A program made the translations under genes and the position numbers. Below are positions 1 to 12,763 of a stretch of DNA of 64,000 nt, one piece after another. Source of the stretch: Mobula hypostoma. Taxonomy: Eukaryota. Below the pieces are notes generated by a model. That model had not been told where the DNA came from. It saw nothing but the letters and a program-made list of their open reading frames with translations, and made no database searches. The stretch lies in assembly GCF_963921235.1 (NCBI RefSeq), contig NC_086097.1, forward strand, positions 253,644,001 through 253,708,000, in the 5' to 3' direction. Each line of letters starts with the position of its first letter. Position 1 is the first letter of the stretch.

Positions 1-599
1 CTGAAAATCTCTTCCCCAGAGATTTTTCAAAGTCAACTGAAATATTGTGAAGAGTTAATTTTGATTTTGTTAACTTTCATATCTACCCTCATTATCACTT
101 GATAGCTGTGCCTTTGTTTTTTTTTGACTTTTTTTTAATATGTTGAGGTTTCTTGAGGAAATAGATGGTAAAGTGAGCAGTTTGGAACTCATACGAGTAC
201 AGAAACTGATTGCCCTGTATCTTTGCATTTAACTTACAGGAATGCGTTCATTTTAAAAGATAAAGAGGAAGATTAAAGATCAGCTTTACTTGTCACATTA
301 CATTGAAGCGTCGACACAGACAGTGAAATGTGTCGTTTGCGTGAACAACAACATTGTCTGAGGACGTTTTGTGGGTAGTCCTCACTGATTTGTTGTGACA
401 CAAAGGACACATTTTACTCTATACATGTGAATGGAGGACCTATCAAGGAGACTTCTTTCTCTTAGCTGGTACAGGGCCTCTGTTGGTCTCGTGTTTCTGG
501 AACTTGACTCATGTCAACTTGAGTTGTCCATTGCATTTCTTGTGTCTTGTTGACTGTGGAAAGACTTTGATGGGTCAGAAGCAGACTCATTTTATAGAT

Positions 600-816
600 T
601 AAAAGATCTTACAGATTACCTTTATTGATCACATGTACACCGAATCGTACATGAAATGACTGTTTAGGTCAATAACTAACCCATTCTGAGGATATGCTGG
701 AGCCAGCCCGCAAGTGTTGACCGAAGAAACCCATGTGGTCTTGGGGAGGGTGTACAAGCTCTTTACAGACAACTGCAGCAATTGAACTCCGATCGCTGGA
801 CACTACCGTGCTGCCC
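600..816 (-). mobile_element. Degenerate tRNA-derived V-SINE (HE1-like)
   Basis: Reverse complement gives gggcagcacggtag...gttcaatt (A/B-box-like) followed by a V-domain-like stretch; similar to the + copy at 22.8 kb. Boundaries approximate. Confidence 0.5.
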
Positions 817-889
817 AAAAGGACAAGATTCTCAACCTCGCAACACCTTACTTTACCATCGTGCAGGGCAGATGGACATGCACTATGTA

Positions 890-1398
890 CGACTGTACAC
901 CTGGCTGTTTATGCAAATATCTAATCTGCCAATCCCGTGGTAGCAACTCGGGTAAAAACATGCAGATGTGAGCAAGAGGTTCAGTTGGCTTTGACTGTGG
1001 AATGATTGCTGGTGCCAGATGGGGTGGTTTGAGTATCTCAGAAACTGCTGATCTCCTGGGATTTTCACACACAACGATCTATATAGAGTTTACAGAGAAT
1101 GGTGCAAAGAAAACAAAGAACATCCAGTGAGCAGCAGTTCTGTGGGGGAAATCACCTTGTTAATGAGAGAGGTCAGAGGAGAATGGCCAGACTGGTTCAA
1201 GCTGACAGGAAGGTAACAGTAACTCAAATAACCACACGTTACAACGGTGGTGTGCAGAAGAGCATCTCTGAGCACAGAACATATCAAACGATGAAGTGCA
1301 TGGGCTACAGCAGCAGAAGACCACAGACATAAAGAAATACACGTAGTGGCCACTTTATTAAGTAGAGGATGTACCAAATAAAGTGGCCACTGAGTATA
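890..1398 (+). mobile_element. Non-autonomous Tc1-like DNA transposon retaining only the N-terminal HTH region of the transposase
   Basis: Encodes ..LSISETADLLGFSHTT.. and ..NERGQRRMARLVQADRKVTVTQITTRYN..MGYSSRRP (Tc1/Tc3-type DNA-binding region); ends in TIR aataaagtggccactgagta. Confidence 0.8.
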
Positions 1399-1499
1399 TA
1401 TCATTGTCATTTCTGGTCGTGCTCTGACTGACAAATCTCCCCATGTTTATCACTTGTGTGAGAGTAGGAGTATTTGTTCCTTTTGATTGATAGAAACTT

Positions 1500-1620
1500 T
1501 AACACGGGAGATTCTGCAGATGCTGGAAATCCTGAGCAACACACACAAACTGCTGGAGGAGCTCATCAGGTCCGGCAGCATCTATGGAGGGGGAATAAAC
1601 TGTCGACATTTTGTGCTGGG
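1500..1620. mobile_element. Short dispersed repeat (Penelope-like terminal fragment)
   Basis: aacacg..ctgcagatgctggaaat..tgctggaggagctc..gcagcatctatgg; a second copy is at 27361-27455. The family name is from recall. Confidence 0.45.
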
Positions 1621-1912
1621 GTTTTTGTAGTTGTAGTCACTTTCCAAAGCTTACCCCACATAAGCAACCAGATGAAGGAGAGATTTGGTTGTGTAAATGC
1701 AGCCTGGTATGGGAACAGCAATGCCTTTGCACAGAAAATCCTACAAAGAGTAGTGAATATGGCCCAGGCCATCACGGGTAAAGCCCTCCTCAATATTGAG
1801 CACATTTACACAGAGCACTGTCACAGGAAAGCAGCATCCGTCATCAAGGACCTCTTCATCCAGGCCATGCTCTCTTCTCGCTGCTGCCATCGGGAAGGAG
1901 GTACAGGAACCT

Positions 1913-2152
1913 CAGGTCCCACACCACCAGGTTCAGGAACAGTTATTACACCTCCACCAGCAGGTCCCACACCACCAGGTTCAGGAACAGTTATTACCCC
2001 TCAACCATCAGGTCCCACACCATCAGGTTCAGGAACAGTTATTACCCCTCAACCATCAGGTCCCACACCACCAGGTTCAGGAACAGTTATTACCCCTCAG
2101 CCAGCAGGTCCCACACCACCAGGTTCAGGAACAGTTATTACCCCTCAACCAT
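1913..2152 (+). repeat. 48-bp tandem repeat, 5 copies, derived from the LINE 3' coding end
   Basis: Unit caggtcccacaccaccaggttcaggaacagttattacccctcaaccat; copies start at 1913, 1961, 2009, 2057 and 2105. Confidence 0.95.
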
Positions 2153-2307
2153 CAGGTTCTTAAACCAGTGGGGATAACTTCACTCACATCAACACTGAAC
2201 TGATTCCACAATCTAAAGACTCCTCTTAAGGACTCTACATCTCAATGTTCTCAATATTTACTGTTATTTATTTATTATTATCCTTGTTTTTTGTATTTGC
2301 ATGGTTT

Positions 2308-3278
2308 AGAACATAAGAAATAGGTGCAGGAGTCGGCCATCTGGCCCGTCAAGCCTGCCCTGCCATTCAATAAGATCATGGCTGATCTGTCCATAAACTC
2401 ATCTCCATCTACCTGCCTTTTCCCCATAACCTGTAATTTCCCTTCTATGTAAAAATCTATCTAACTGTATCTTTATATTTAGTGAAGAAGCCTCAACTGC
2501 TTCCCTGGGCAGAGAATTCCACAGATTCACCACTCTCTGGGAAAAACAGCTTCTCCTCATCTCCGTCCTAAATCTTCTCCCCTGAATCTTGAGACAATGT
2601 CCCCTAGTTCTAGTCTCACCTACCAACAGAAACAACTTTCCTACTTCTATCTTATGTATCCCTTTCAAAATTTTTTATGTTTCTATAAGATCCCCTCTCA
2701 TTCTTCTGAACTCCAGAGAGTATAGTCCCAGGTGACTCAATCTCTCCTCTTAAGTTAACCCCTTTATCCCTGGAATCAACCTGGTGAACCTCCTCTGCAC
2801 TGCCTCCAAAGCCAGTATATCCTTCCTCAAGTAAGGAGACCAGAACTGCACACAGTACTCCAGGTGCAGCCTCATCAGTACCCTGTACAGTTGCAGCATG
2901 ACCTCCCTGCTGTTGAATTCAGTCCCTCTAGCAATGAAGGCCAACATTCTGTTTGTCTTCTTAATAACCTGTTGTACCTACAAGCCAACTTTTTGCGATT
3001 CATGAGCAAGCACTCCCAAGTCCCTCTGCACAACAGCATGCTGCAATCTTTCACCATTTAAATAATAATCTGCTCTTTTATTATTCCTCCCAAAGTGGAT
3101 GATCTCGCATTTACCAACGATGTATTCCATCTGCCAGACCTTGGTCCACTCACTTAACCTATCTATATCCCTCTGCAGACTCTCCACATCATCTGTAGAA
3201 TTTGCTTTTCCACTCAGTTTAGAGTCATCAGCAAATTTTGCTACGTTACACTCAGTCCCCTCCTCCAAATCATCAGTG
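2308..3278 (-). mobile_element. 5'-truncated CR1 LINE (RT C-terminal part and 3'UTR)
   Basis: ORFs with KFADDSKL and HLEYCVQFWSP; CR1-type 3' end at the left. Confidence 0.9.
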
Positions 3279-3686
3279 TTGCCTTTTACATTGTTTAGTT
3301 TCAGTCTTTGATGTGTGTAGTTTGTCAATGATAGAATTGCATTTCTTTGTCTTTACTGCAAGAAAGTGAATCTCAGGGTTGTATATGCACTTTGGTAATC
3401 AATTTGCTTTGAACTTTGAGTATGTACAGCACACACTTCTCCAGTCCTGAGACACCAATCCTGAAGCTGGGGACCTTTAATAAATGTGCTTTGAGTGTCT
3501 GCAGTTCCTTCCAGGTGTCCTTTAACAGCCTGAGATGTTTTGTTTGGGCTTAGTGATTTCAAAGATGTTAATCCTCTGAAATCTTCTCAATTTTAACGTT
3601 TAACCTATCCAATGGTTGTTGCTGGTCCCCGGACATCACAGTGTCAGTATCATACTGCTTTGGATTTAGAATCAGGTTTCATATCA

Positions 3687-4998
3687 TAGAAACATAGAAA
3701 CATAGAAAATAGGTGCAGGAGTAGGCCATTCGGCCCTTCGAGCCTGCACCGCCATTTATTATGATCATGGCTGATCATCCAACTCAGAACCCAGCCTTCC
3801 CTCCATACCCCCTGACCCCTGTAGCCACAAGGGCCATATCTAACTTCCTTTTAAACATAGCTAATGAACTGGCCTCAACAGTTTGCTGTGGCAGAGAATT
3901 CCACAGATTCACCACTCTCTGTGTGAAGAAGTTTTTCCTAACCTCGGTCCTAAAAGGCTTCCCCTCTATCCTCAAACTGTGACCCCTCGTTCTAGACCTC
4001 CCCAACATCGGGAACAATCTTCCCGCATCTAGCCTGTCCAATCCCTTTAGGATCTTATACGTTTCAATCAGATCCCCCCTCAATCTTCTAAATTCCAACG
4101 AGTACAAGCCCAGTTCATCCAGTCTTTCTTCATATGAAAGACCTGCCATCCCAGGAATCAATCTGGTGAACCTTCTTTGTACTCCCTCTATGGCAAGGAT
4201 GTCTTTCCTCAGATTAGGGGACCAAAACTGCACACAATACTCCAGGTGTGGTCTCACCAAGGCCTTGTACAACTGCAGTAGTACCTCCCTGCTCCTGTAC
4301 TCGAATCCTCTCGCTATAAATGCCAGCATACCGTTCGCCTTTTTCACCGCCTGCTGTACCTGCATGCCCACTTTCAATGACTGGTGTATAATGACACCCA
4401 GGTCTCGTTGCACCTCCCCTTTTCCTAATCGGCCACCATTCAGATAATAATCTGTTTTCCTATTTTTGCCACCAAAGTGGATAACTTCACATTTATCCAC
4501 ATTAAATTGCATCTGCCATGAGTTTGCCCACTCACCCAACCTATCCAAGTCACCCTGCATCCTCTTAGCATCCTCCTCACTGCTAACACTGCCACCCAGC
4601 TTCGTGTCATCCGCAAACTTGGAGATGCTGCATTTAATTCCCTCATCCAAGTCATTAATATATATTGTAAACAACTGGGGTCCCAGCACTGAGCCTTGCG
4701 GTACCCCACTAGTCACCGCCTGCCATTCTGAAAAGGTCCCGTTTATTCCCACTCTTTGCTTCCTGTCTGCTAACCAATTCTCCACCCACACCAATACCTT
4801 ACCCCCAATACCGTGTGCTTTAAGTTTGCACACTAATCTCCTATGTGGGACCTTGTCAAAAGCCTTTTGAAAATCCAAATATACCACATCCACTGGTTCT
4901 CCCCTATCCACTCTACTAGTTACATCCTCAAAAAATTCTATGAGATTCGTCAGACATGATTTTCCTTTCACAAATCCATGCTGACTTTGTCCGATCAT
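3687..4998 (-). mobile_element. Young 5'-truncated CR1 LINE (RT domain)
   Basis: Open RT frame (QHGF, DFQKAFD, GVPQGSVLGP, FADD); (tttctatg)n tail; tcatatca repeated at 3679-3686 and 4995-5002. Confidence 0.95.
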
Positions 4999-5184
4999 AT
5001 CACAGTCATTTGTTGTGAAATTTGATGCTTTAAACCTGATTCTCATTCATGGGTTCAGTGTCCATTCAGAATTCTGATGGCAGAGGGGAAGAAGCTGTTC
5101 CTGAATCGCTGAGTGTGTGTCTTCAGGCTTCTGTACCTCCTCCCTGATGGCAGCAATGAGAAGAGGGCATGTCCTGGGTGATGG

Positions 5185-5275
5185 GGGCCAACTCATTGCA
5201 TATACAGATGTGGTCAAGAGGTTCAGTTGTTATTCAGACCAAACGTCAGAATGGGGAAGAAATGGGATCTTTGAC
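5185..5275 (+). mobile_element. Left part of a Tc1-like element split by a nested LINE stack
   Basis: ggtcaagaggttcagttgttattcagaccaaacgtcagaatggggaagaaat..ttgac matches the 21.4-kb copy; the sequence resumes at about 11385. Confidence 0.7.
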
Positions 5276-6163
5276 GGTATAAATACTTTATTGATTCCGA
5301 GTGGGAAATTATTTCATTACAGTAGCAACATTTAAAAACACACTGAGCAGTGTGCAGACTTAACTAATAATAAAGTACAGAATAACAATATACACAATGA
5401 TAATTTACCAATGTGCAATAATAATGTACAAAATAATAAAGCAGAGACTATTGTACTATGATGTGTGTTCTCCTGTCGCACAGAGATGAACTGTTGTATT
5501 GTATTTGGTAGGAAAGGTTTTCTGTAACGATCCTTGTGACAGCAGAGCTGAATGATTCTGTTTGAAAGGCTGCTCCGCTGTTTATTAGTAGGTCATGGAG
5601 AGGGTGTGACAGATTGTCCAGAATGGATAACAGTTTGTTTAGTGACCTCTTCTCCACCACTAACTCTGAAGAGTCCAGTTGTAGCCAAGGACGGACCCAG
5701 CCTTTTAGATGAGTTTATTTAGTCGTTTTGCATCACCAGCACCGATGCTGCTCCCCCAACATAAAGCTGCAAAGAAGACCGCACTCACTACAACAGACTG
5801 GTAAAAGATCTCCAGCATCCTGCTACACACATTGAAGGATCTCAGCTTCCTTAGCAAATAGAGTCTGCTCATCCCCTTCTCGTAAACAGCCTTGGTGCTG
5901 GTTTTCCAGTCAAGCCTGTTGTCGAGGTGACACACAAGTATTTGTACTCCTCCACCCCACTCCCCCCAAATTTCTCCCAGAGTGTATACAGGATTCGTCA
6001 GAGGCCTTTTTCCTCCTAAAATCAATCACCAGCTCCCTGGTTTTGGCCACATTCAGGAGCCGGTGATTCCTCCTGCACCTCTCCACAAACTGTTCACCAG
6101 TCCTCTGTACTCCGACTCCCACCCATCTCTGATACACCCAACCACCGCAGAGTCATCAGAGAA

Positions 6164-9100
6164 ACATAGAAACATAGAAAATAGGTGCAGGAGTAGGCCA
6201 TTCGGCCCTTCAAATGGCCTGCACCGCCATTTATTATGATCATGGCTGATCATCCAACTCAGAACCCAGCCTTCCCTCCATACCCCCTGACCCCTGTAGC
6301 CACAAGGGCCATATCTAACTTCCTTTTAAACATAGCTAATGAACTGGCCTCAACAGTTTGCTGTGGCAGAGAATTCCACAGATTCACCACTCTCTGTGTG
6401 AAGAAGTTTTTCCTAACCTCGGTCCTAAAAGGCTTCCCCTCTATCCTCAAACTGTGACCTCTCGTTCTAGACCTCCCCAACATCGGGAACAATCTTCCCG
6501 CATCTAGCCTGTCCAATCCTTTTAGGATCTTATACGTTTCAATCAGATCCCCCCTCAATCTTCTAAATTCCAACGAGTACAAGCCCAGTTCATCCAGTCT
6601 TTCTTCATATGAAAGACCTGCCATCCCAGGAATCAATCTGGTGAACCTTCTTTGTACTCCCTCTATGGCAAAGATGTCTTTCCTCAGATTAGGGGACCAA
6701 AACTGCACACAATACTCCAGGTGTGGTCTCACCAAGGCCTTGTACAACTGCAGTAGTACCTCCCTGCTCCTGTACTCGAATCCTCTCGCTATAAATGCCA
6801 GCATACCGTTCGCCTTTTTCACCGCCTGCTGTACCTGCATGCCCACTTTCAATGACTGGTGTATAATGACACCCAGGTCTCGTTGCACCTCCCCTTTTCC
6901 TAATCGGCCACCATTCAGATAATAATCTGTTTTCCTATTTTTGCCACCAAAGTGGATAACTTCACATTTATCCACATTAAATTGCATCTGCCATGAGTTT
7001 GCCCACTCACCCAACCTATCCAAGTCACCCTGCATCCTCTTAGCATCCTCCTCACTGCTAACACTGCCACCCAGCTTCGTGTCATCCGCAAACTTGGAGA
7101 TGCTGCATTTAATTCCCTCATCCAAGTCATTAATATATATTGTAAACAACTGGGGTCCCAGCACTGAGCCTTGCGGTACCCTACTAGTCACCGCCTGCCA
7201 TTCTGAAAAGGTCCCGTTTATTCCCACTCTTTGCTTCCTGTCTGCTAACCAATTCTCCACCCACACCAATACCTTACCCCCAATACCGTGTGCTTTAAGT
7301 TTGCACACTAATCTCCTGTGTGGGACCTTGTCAAAATCCTTTTGAAAATCCAAATATACCACATCCACTGGTTCTCCCCTATCCACTCTACTAGTTACAT
7401 CCTCAAAAAATTCTATGAGATTCGTCAGACATGATTTTCCTTTCACAAATCCATGCTGACTTTGTCCGATCATTTCACCGCTTTCCAAATGTGCTGTTAT
7501 CACATCCTTGATAACTGACTCCAGCAGTTTCCCCACCACCGACGTTAGGCTAACCGGCCTATAATTCCCCGGTTTCTCTCTCCCTCCTTTTTTAAAAAGT
7601 GGGGTTACATTAGCCACCCTCCAATCCTCAGGAACTAGTCCAGAATCTAACGAGTTTTGAAAAATTATCACTAATGCATCCACTATTTCTTGGGCCACTT
7701 CCTTAAGCACTCTGGGATGCAGACCATCTGGCCCTGGGGATTTATCTGCCTTCAATCCCTTCAATTTACCCAACACCACTTCCCTACTAACATGTATTTC
7801 GCTCAGTTCCTCCATCTCACTGGACCCTCTGTCCCTTACTATTTCTGGAAGATTATTTATGTCCTCCTTAGTGAAGACAGAACCAAAGTAATTATTCAAT
7901 TGGTCTGCCATGTCCTTGCTCCCCATAATCAATTCACCTGTTTCTGTTTGCAGGGGACCTACATTTGTCTTTATCAGTCTTTTCCTTTTTACATATCTAT
8001 AAAAGCTTTTACAGTCCGTTTTTATGTTCTCTGCCAGTTTTCTCTCATAATCTTTTTTCCCCTTCCTAATTAAGCCCTTTGTCCTCCTCTGCTGAACTCT
8101 GAATTTCTCCCAGTCCTCAGGTGAGCCACTTTCTCTGGCTAATTTGTATGCTACTTCTTTGGAATTGATACTATCCCTAATTTCTCTTGTCAGCCACGGG
8201 TGCACTACCTTCCTTGATTTATTCTTTTGCCAAACTGGGATGAACAATTGTTGTAGTTCATCCATGCAACCTTTAAATGCCTGCCATTGCATATCCACCG
8301 TCAATCCTTGAAGTGTCATTTGCCAGTCTATCTTAGCTAATTCACGTCTCATACCTTCAAAGTTACCCCTCTTTAAGTTCAGAACCTTTGTTTCTGAATT
8401 AACTACGTCACTCTCCATGTTAATGAAGAATTCCACCATATTATGGTCACTCTTACCCAAGGGGCCTCTCACGACAAGATCGCTAATTAACCCTTCCTCA
8501 TTGCTCAAAACCCAGTCCAGAATAGCCTGCTCTCTAGTCGGTTCCTCGACATGTTGGTTCAAAAAACCATCCCGCATACATTCCAAGAAATCCTCTTCCT
8601 CAGCACCTTTACCAATTTGGTTCACCCAGTCTACATGTAGATTGAAGTCACCCATTATAACTGCTGTTCCTTTATTGCACACATTTCTAATTTCCTGTTT
8701 AATACCATCTCCGACCTCACTACTACTGTTAGGTGGCCTGTACACAACTCCCACCAGCGTCTTCTGCCCCTTAGTGTTACGCAGCTCTACCCATATCGAT
8801 TCCACATCTTCCCGGCTTATGTCCTTCCTTTCTATTGCGTTAATCTCTTTTTTAACCAGCAACGCCACCCCACCTCCCCTTCCTTCATGTCTATCCCTCC
8901 TGAATATTGAATATCCCTGAACGTTGAGCTCCCATCCCTGGTCACCCTGGAGCCATGTCTCTGTGATCCCAACTATATCATAATCATTAATAACAATCTG
9001 CACTTTCAATTCATCCACCTTATTACGAATGCTCCTTGCATTGACACATAAAGCCTTCAGGCGCTCTTTTACAACTCTCTTAGCCCTTTTTAATGCTTGC

Positions 9101-9265
9101 CCTGGATTTGTCGGCCTGCCACTTTTACTTTTCCCCTTTGTACTTTTTGCTTCTACGCTCACTTTACACCCCTCTGTCTCTCTGCACTGGTTCCCATCCC
9201 TCTGTTGTGAACTAACCTCCTCACACCTAGCCGCTCTAATTTGATTCCCACCCCCCAACCATTCT
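6164..9265 (-). mobile_element. Young CR1 LINE, 5'-truncated near the ORF1/ORF2 boundary
   Basis: (tttctatg)n tail at the left; agaa at 6160-6163 and 9266-9269 (TSD/microhomology); nearly identical to 3687-4998. Confidence 0.95.
6259..9265 (-). CDS. CR1 ORF2: APE endonuclease + reverse transcriptase, uninterrupted
   Basis: NARS, ETWL, YRPP, GDFN, SDH endonuclease motifs; PGPDG, QHGF, VPQGSVLGP, FADD RT motifs; no stop until 6259. True start codon uncertain. Confidence 0.9.
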
Positions 9266-10069
9266 AGAACTTCTGCAAGTGACAGACTCGGATTTGTACG
9301 AAAGTCTGAGGTGTTCAGTGTGAACAGAAATGGAGACAGGACAGTCCCTTGTGGGGCTCCAGTGCCAAGCACCTCCACCTCAGACAGAGAACTACCCAGC
9401 CGTACAAACTGGGGTCTGTCTGTCAGGTAGTCAGTACTCCAGGAGATAGTCGATTTGTCTATGCCCATCCTTTGCAGCTTCTTACTCAGAAGAAGTGGCT
9501 GTATTGTACTGAACGCACTGGAGAAATCTAAAAATGTGATTCTCACAGTGCCACCAGCATCATCCAGATGGGAGTGAGCGCTCTGCTGCAGGTAGATGAC
9601 GGCATCATCACTCCCACATGAGGTTGGTAGGCAGACTGTAGAGGGTCCAATGAAGATCTCACCTGCGGTCCAGGGTAAGTCAGGACCAGCCTCTCCAGCA
9701 CCTTCACCACATGAGGTGTGAGGGCAATCGATCTATGGTTATTAAGTTAAGATGGCGTCACCTTCTTGGGTACAGGAACCAAGCAGGAAGTTTTCCACAG
9801 CACCGGTATTTTTTCCTGACTCAGAATCAGATTGTAAAGATGCTGCAAAATACCAGCCAGCCGGCTCACACAGGCCTTTGGTACCCTGGGGTGGATACTG
9901 TCCAGGCCAGCAGCCTTGCCTTGATGTAGTCTCTGCAGCTGGCTCCCAGCCTGACCTGCCGTCACAGTCAGGCGGGGGAAGGTTGTCATCCCCATGGAGG
10001 CAGGATACTCCAAAAATGGGGAGTTTGGAACACAAGCATTCACCAGAAGGGAAGGAGAAGGCTTTGGGG

Positions 10070-10870
10070 ACATGGAGGGTGTTATATTTTGGTAAAAAGG
10101 AACAATGGTGCAGACTATTATCTAAATGGGGAGAAGGTTCAAACATCAGAGGTGCAGAGGGACTTGGGAGTCCTCGTGCAAAACTCCCAGAAGGTTAATT
10201 TACAGGTTGCGTCTGTGGTAAAGAAGGCAAATACAATGTTGGCATTTATTTCAAGAGGAATAGAATATAAAATCAGGAGATAATGCCGAGCCTTTATAAG
10301 ACACTAGTCAGGTCACACTTGGAATATTGTCAACAGCTTTGTGCAACGTATCTCAGAAAGGGTGTGTTGCCATTGGAGAGAGTCCAGAGAATGATTCTGG
10401 GAATGTAGGGGTTAACATGAGGAGTGTTTGGCAGCTTGGGGCCTGCACTCACTGGAATTCAGAAGAATACGGCGGTGGGGGGGTGTGGATCTCATTGAAA
10501 CCTACTGAATATTTAAAGTTTTATATAGGGTGGATGTGGAGAGGATGTTTCTTATGGTTGGAATATCCAGAACTAGAGGGCACATCCTCATAATTGAGGG
10601 GGTTACCCTTTAGAACCGAGATAAGGAGGAATTTTTATAGCCAGAGAGTAGTGAATCTGTGGAATGCTCTGCCACAGACTGCGGTGGAGGCCAATCCATG
10701 GCTATATTCAAAGCAGAAGTTGATTGTTTCCTGATTAGTCAGGGCATCAAAGGATATGGTGAGAAGGTGTCTGTATGGGGTTGAGTGGAATCTGGGATCA
10801 GCCATGATGGAATGGCAGAGCAGACTCGATGGGCTGAATGGCCTAATTCTGCTCCTGTGTCTTATGATTT
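10070..10870 (+). mobile_element. Degenerate CR1 3' fragment
   Basis: DYYLNGEK..QRDLGVLV..KKAN.MLAFISRG; CR1-type 3'UTR. Confidence 0.85.
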
Positions 10871-11384
10871 CTAGGGATTTTTACTTGTCTATCTACAGAG
10901 CTGAAGGCTTTCTTCTTCATATTCAAAACTTCTTTCAGGTCATTGGAGATCCAGGCCTTGGTGTTAGGAAGCAATGTACTGTGCTGGCTGGCAACATGGT
11001 GTTCTCACCGAATTTTATATAGTCTGTGATATAGTCAGTCATTTTGTTAATGTCCTCTCTGTGTGGCTCACATAACACATCCCAGTCTGTCCTCTCAAAA
11101 CATTCCTTAACATTCTGAGTTCATCTCCTTATAATCCTTGTTGACACAGACTGCCGCTGGTGTTGGCGGGACCAGGCTGGGATCAGATCTGCCAGGTGGG
11201 GGAAGGGGACAGCACTGTCTGCATCCTTTACATTCGCAAGCAGAGGATCCAGTGTTCTGTTGTCCCGTGTAGGGCATCTGACGTATTGATAAAAAGTCGG
11301 TATTGCTGCCTCGAGAGAAACATGATTAAAATTCCTAGTGACAGCCACAAAAACATTGCGATATTGAGTTTGTATTCTAGCGAT

Positions 11385-11745
11385 GGTTCAATGATTGTTG
11401 GTGCCAGACAGGGTGGTCTGAGTATTTCAGAAACTGCCGATCTCCTAGGATTTTCACACACAGCAGTCTCTAGAGTTTACAGGGAATGGTGCGAGAAACA
11501 AGAAACATCCAGTGAGCAGCAGTTCTGTGGGTGAAAACACTTTGTTAATGAGAGAGGTCAGAGGGGAATGGTCAGACTGGTTCAAGCTGACAGGAAGGTC
11601 AAATAACCATGGTTACAACAGTGGTGTGCAGAAGAGCATCTCTGAATGCACAACATGTCAAACCTTGACGTGGACGGACTACAGCAGCAGAAGACCAGGA
11701 GCAAACTCAGTCACCACTTCATTTGGTACGGGAGGGACCTACTGA
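11385..11745 (+). mobile_element. Right part of the split Tc1-like element
   Basis: MIVGARQGGLSISETADLLGFSHTAVSRVYREWCEK; degenerate TIR region at about 11703-11745. Confidence 0.75.
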
Positions 11746-12024
11746 GAGCAGAACAGTACAGATCAGTCCAGGCCTTTTGGCCCTCAATGTTGTGCTGACC
11801 CTTTAATTTATTTTCACTACCCAGAGTTCCGCTGTATCTGATGTAAAGTCACCTCTTTAGCCTGGTTTTGTCCTCATGTCGCCGTATCACCAAAGGGACT
11901 TTGGGTTTGGATGTCCCACTCCTTGTAAGAATGTTTTGACTGAATTTTTTGATTAACAGCTGCTTCCTATTGCTCAAAAAATACTTGCATTAAATTTTCT
12001 GTTTCCAAAATACTTCCACTGGCT

Positions 12025-12500
12025 GTCATAGAGTTATAGAAAAGTACAGCACATAAACAGGCCTTTGGCCCATCTAGTCTGTGCTGAACCATTTAAACTG
12101 TTTACTGCCATCAGCCTGCACCAGAGCCATAACCCTCCATACCTCCTACCATCCTGTACTTATCCAAACTTCTGTTAACATGCATCCACAACCTGCAGCA
12201 GGCAACTCACCACCCTCTGCGTGAAGAAGTTTCCTCTCATGTTCCCTTAAACATTTAACCTTTCACCCTTAACCCATGACGCCCAGTTGTAGTCTCACCT
12301 GACCTCAGTGGAAAAGTTCTGCTTGCATTTACATTATTTTCACATCTCATAATTTTGCAAAACCTTCATCAAATTTCCCTTCAATCTTCTACTCTCCAGG
12401 GACTAAAGTCCTAAGCTATTCAACCTGTCCCCATAACTCAGATCCCCAATCCTGGCATCATCTTATAAATTTACTCTGTACTCTTTCCATCTTATTGCTG
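12025..12500 (-). mobile_element. Old CR1 3' fragment
   Basis: catagagttatagaa tail and reverse-complement FFTQRVV-type sequence. Confidence 0.65.
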
Positions 12501-12763
12501 TCCTGTGTATCTGGTACCATTTGTCTTTATCAGTTTAAGCCCTTTCTCCTCAGTAACATGATGGTTGTATTAGTTTTCAGTTAAGATCATAATTCATAGT
12601 AGTAGAATGAGGGCATTTTTGCCCATTGAGTCTTGCACATTCAGAAAGATGAATACTGTAGCTATTAATATTAATTAATGGATAATTACCACAATCAGCA
12701 CTTAGCCTACAGCCTGCAGTGATTCCTGGCATGTATTTTGAGATTGATTTTCTCTTTTGGCAG

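Larger units (their letters stand above)
1685..3420 (+). mobile_element. Rex1/Babar-like LINE 3' fragment, interrupted by a CR1 at 2308-3278
   Basis: AWYGN..LQRVV..LLPSGRRYR..TTRFRNSYYP C-terminal motifs; AT-rich 3'UTR ending ttgaactttga. Confidence 0.75.
5276..11384 (-). mobile_element. Degenerate Rex1/Babar-like LINE (EN-RT) interrupted by two CR1 insertions
   Basis: Minus-strand fragments RITFLDFSSAF, GAPQGTVLSP, QKFSDDSAVVG (split), RLYLLRKLRSFNV and CPTRDNRTLD. Confidence 0.8.

Noticed and set aside
1474..2163. 229-aa Pro/Gly/Ser/Thr-rich ORF as a mucin-like protein or syndecan exon
   Set aside because: It is a patchwork of Penelope-like and Rex1 sequence, with the 48-bp array read out of frame; no splice support.
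9266..9546. N-terminal ~90 aa of the 1095-aa ORF as a novel CR1 domain
   Set aside because: It is the host Rex1-like RT, fused by chance at the insertion junction.
1..12763. SDC2 exons 1-2 (signal peptide and Ser-Gly GAG attachment sites)
   Set aside because: I found no acidic SGSG-coding exon with splice sites; they are probably upstream of the window.
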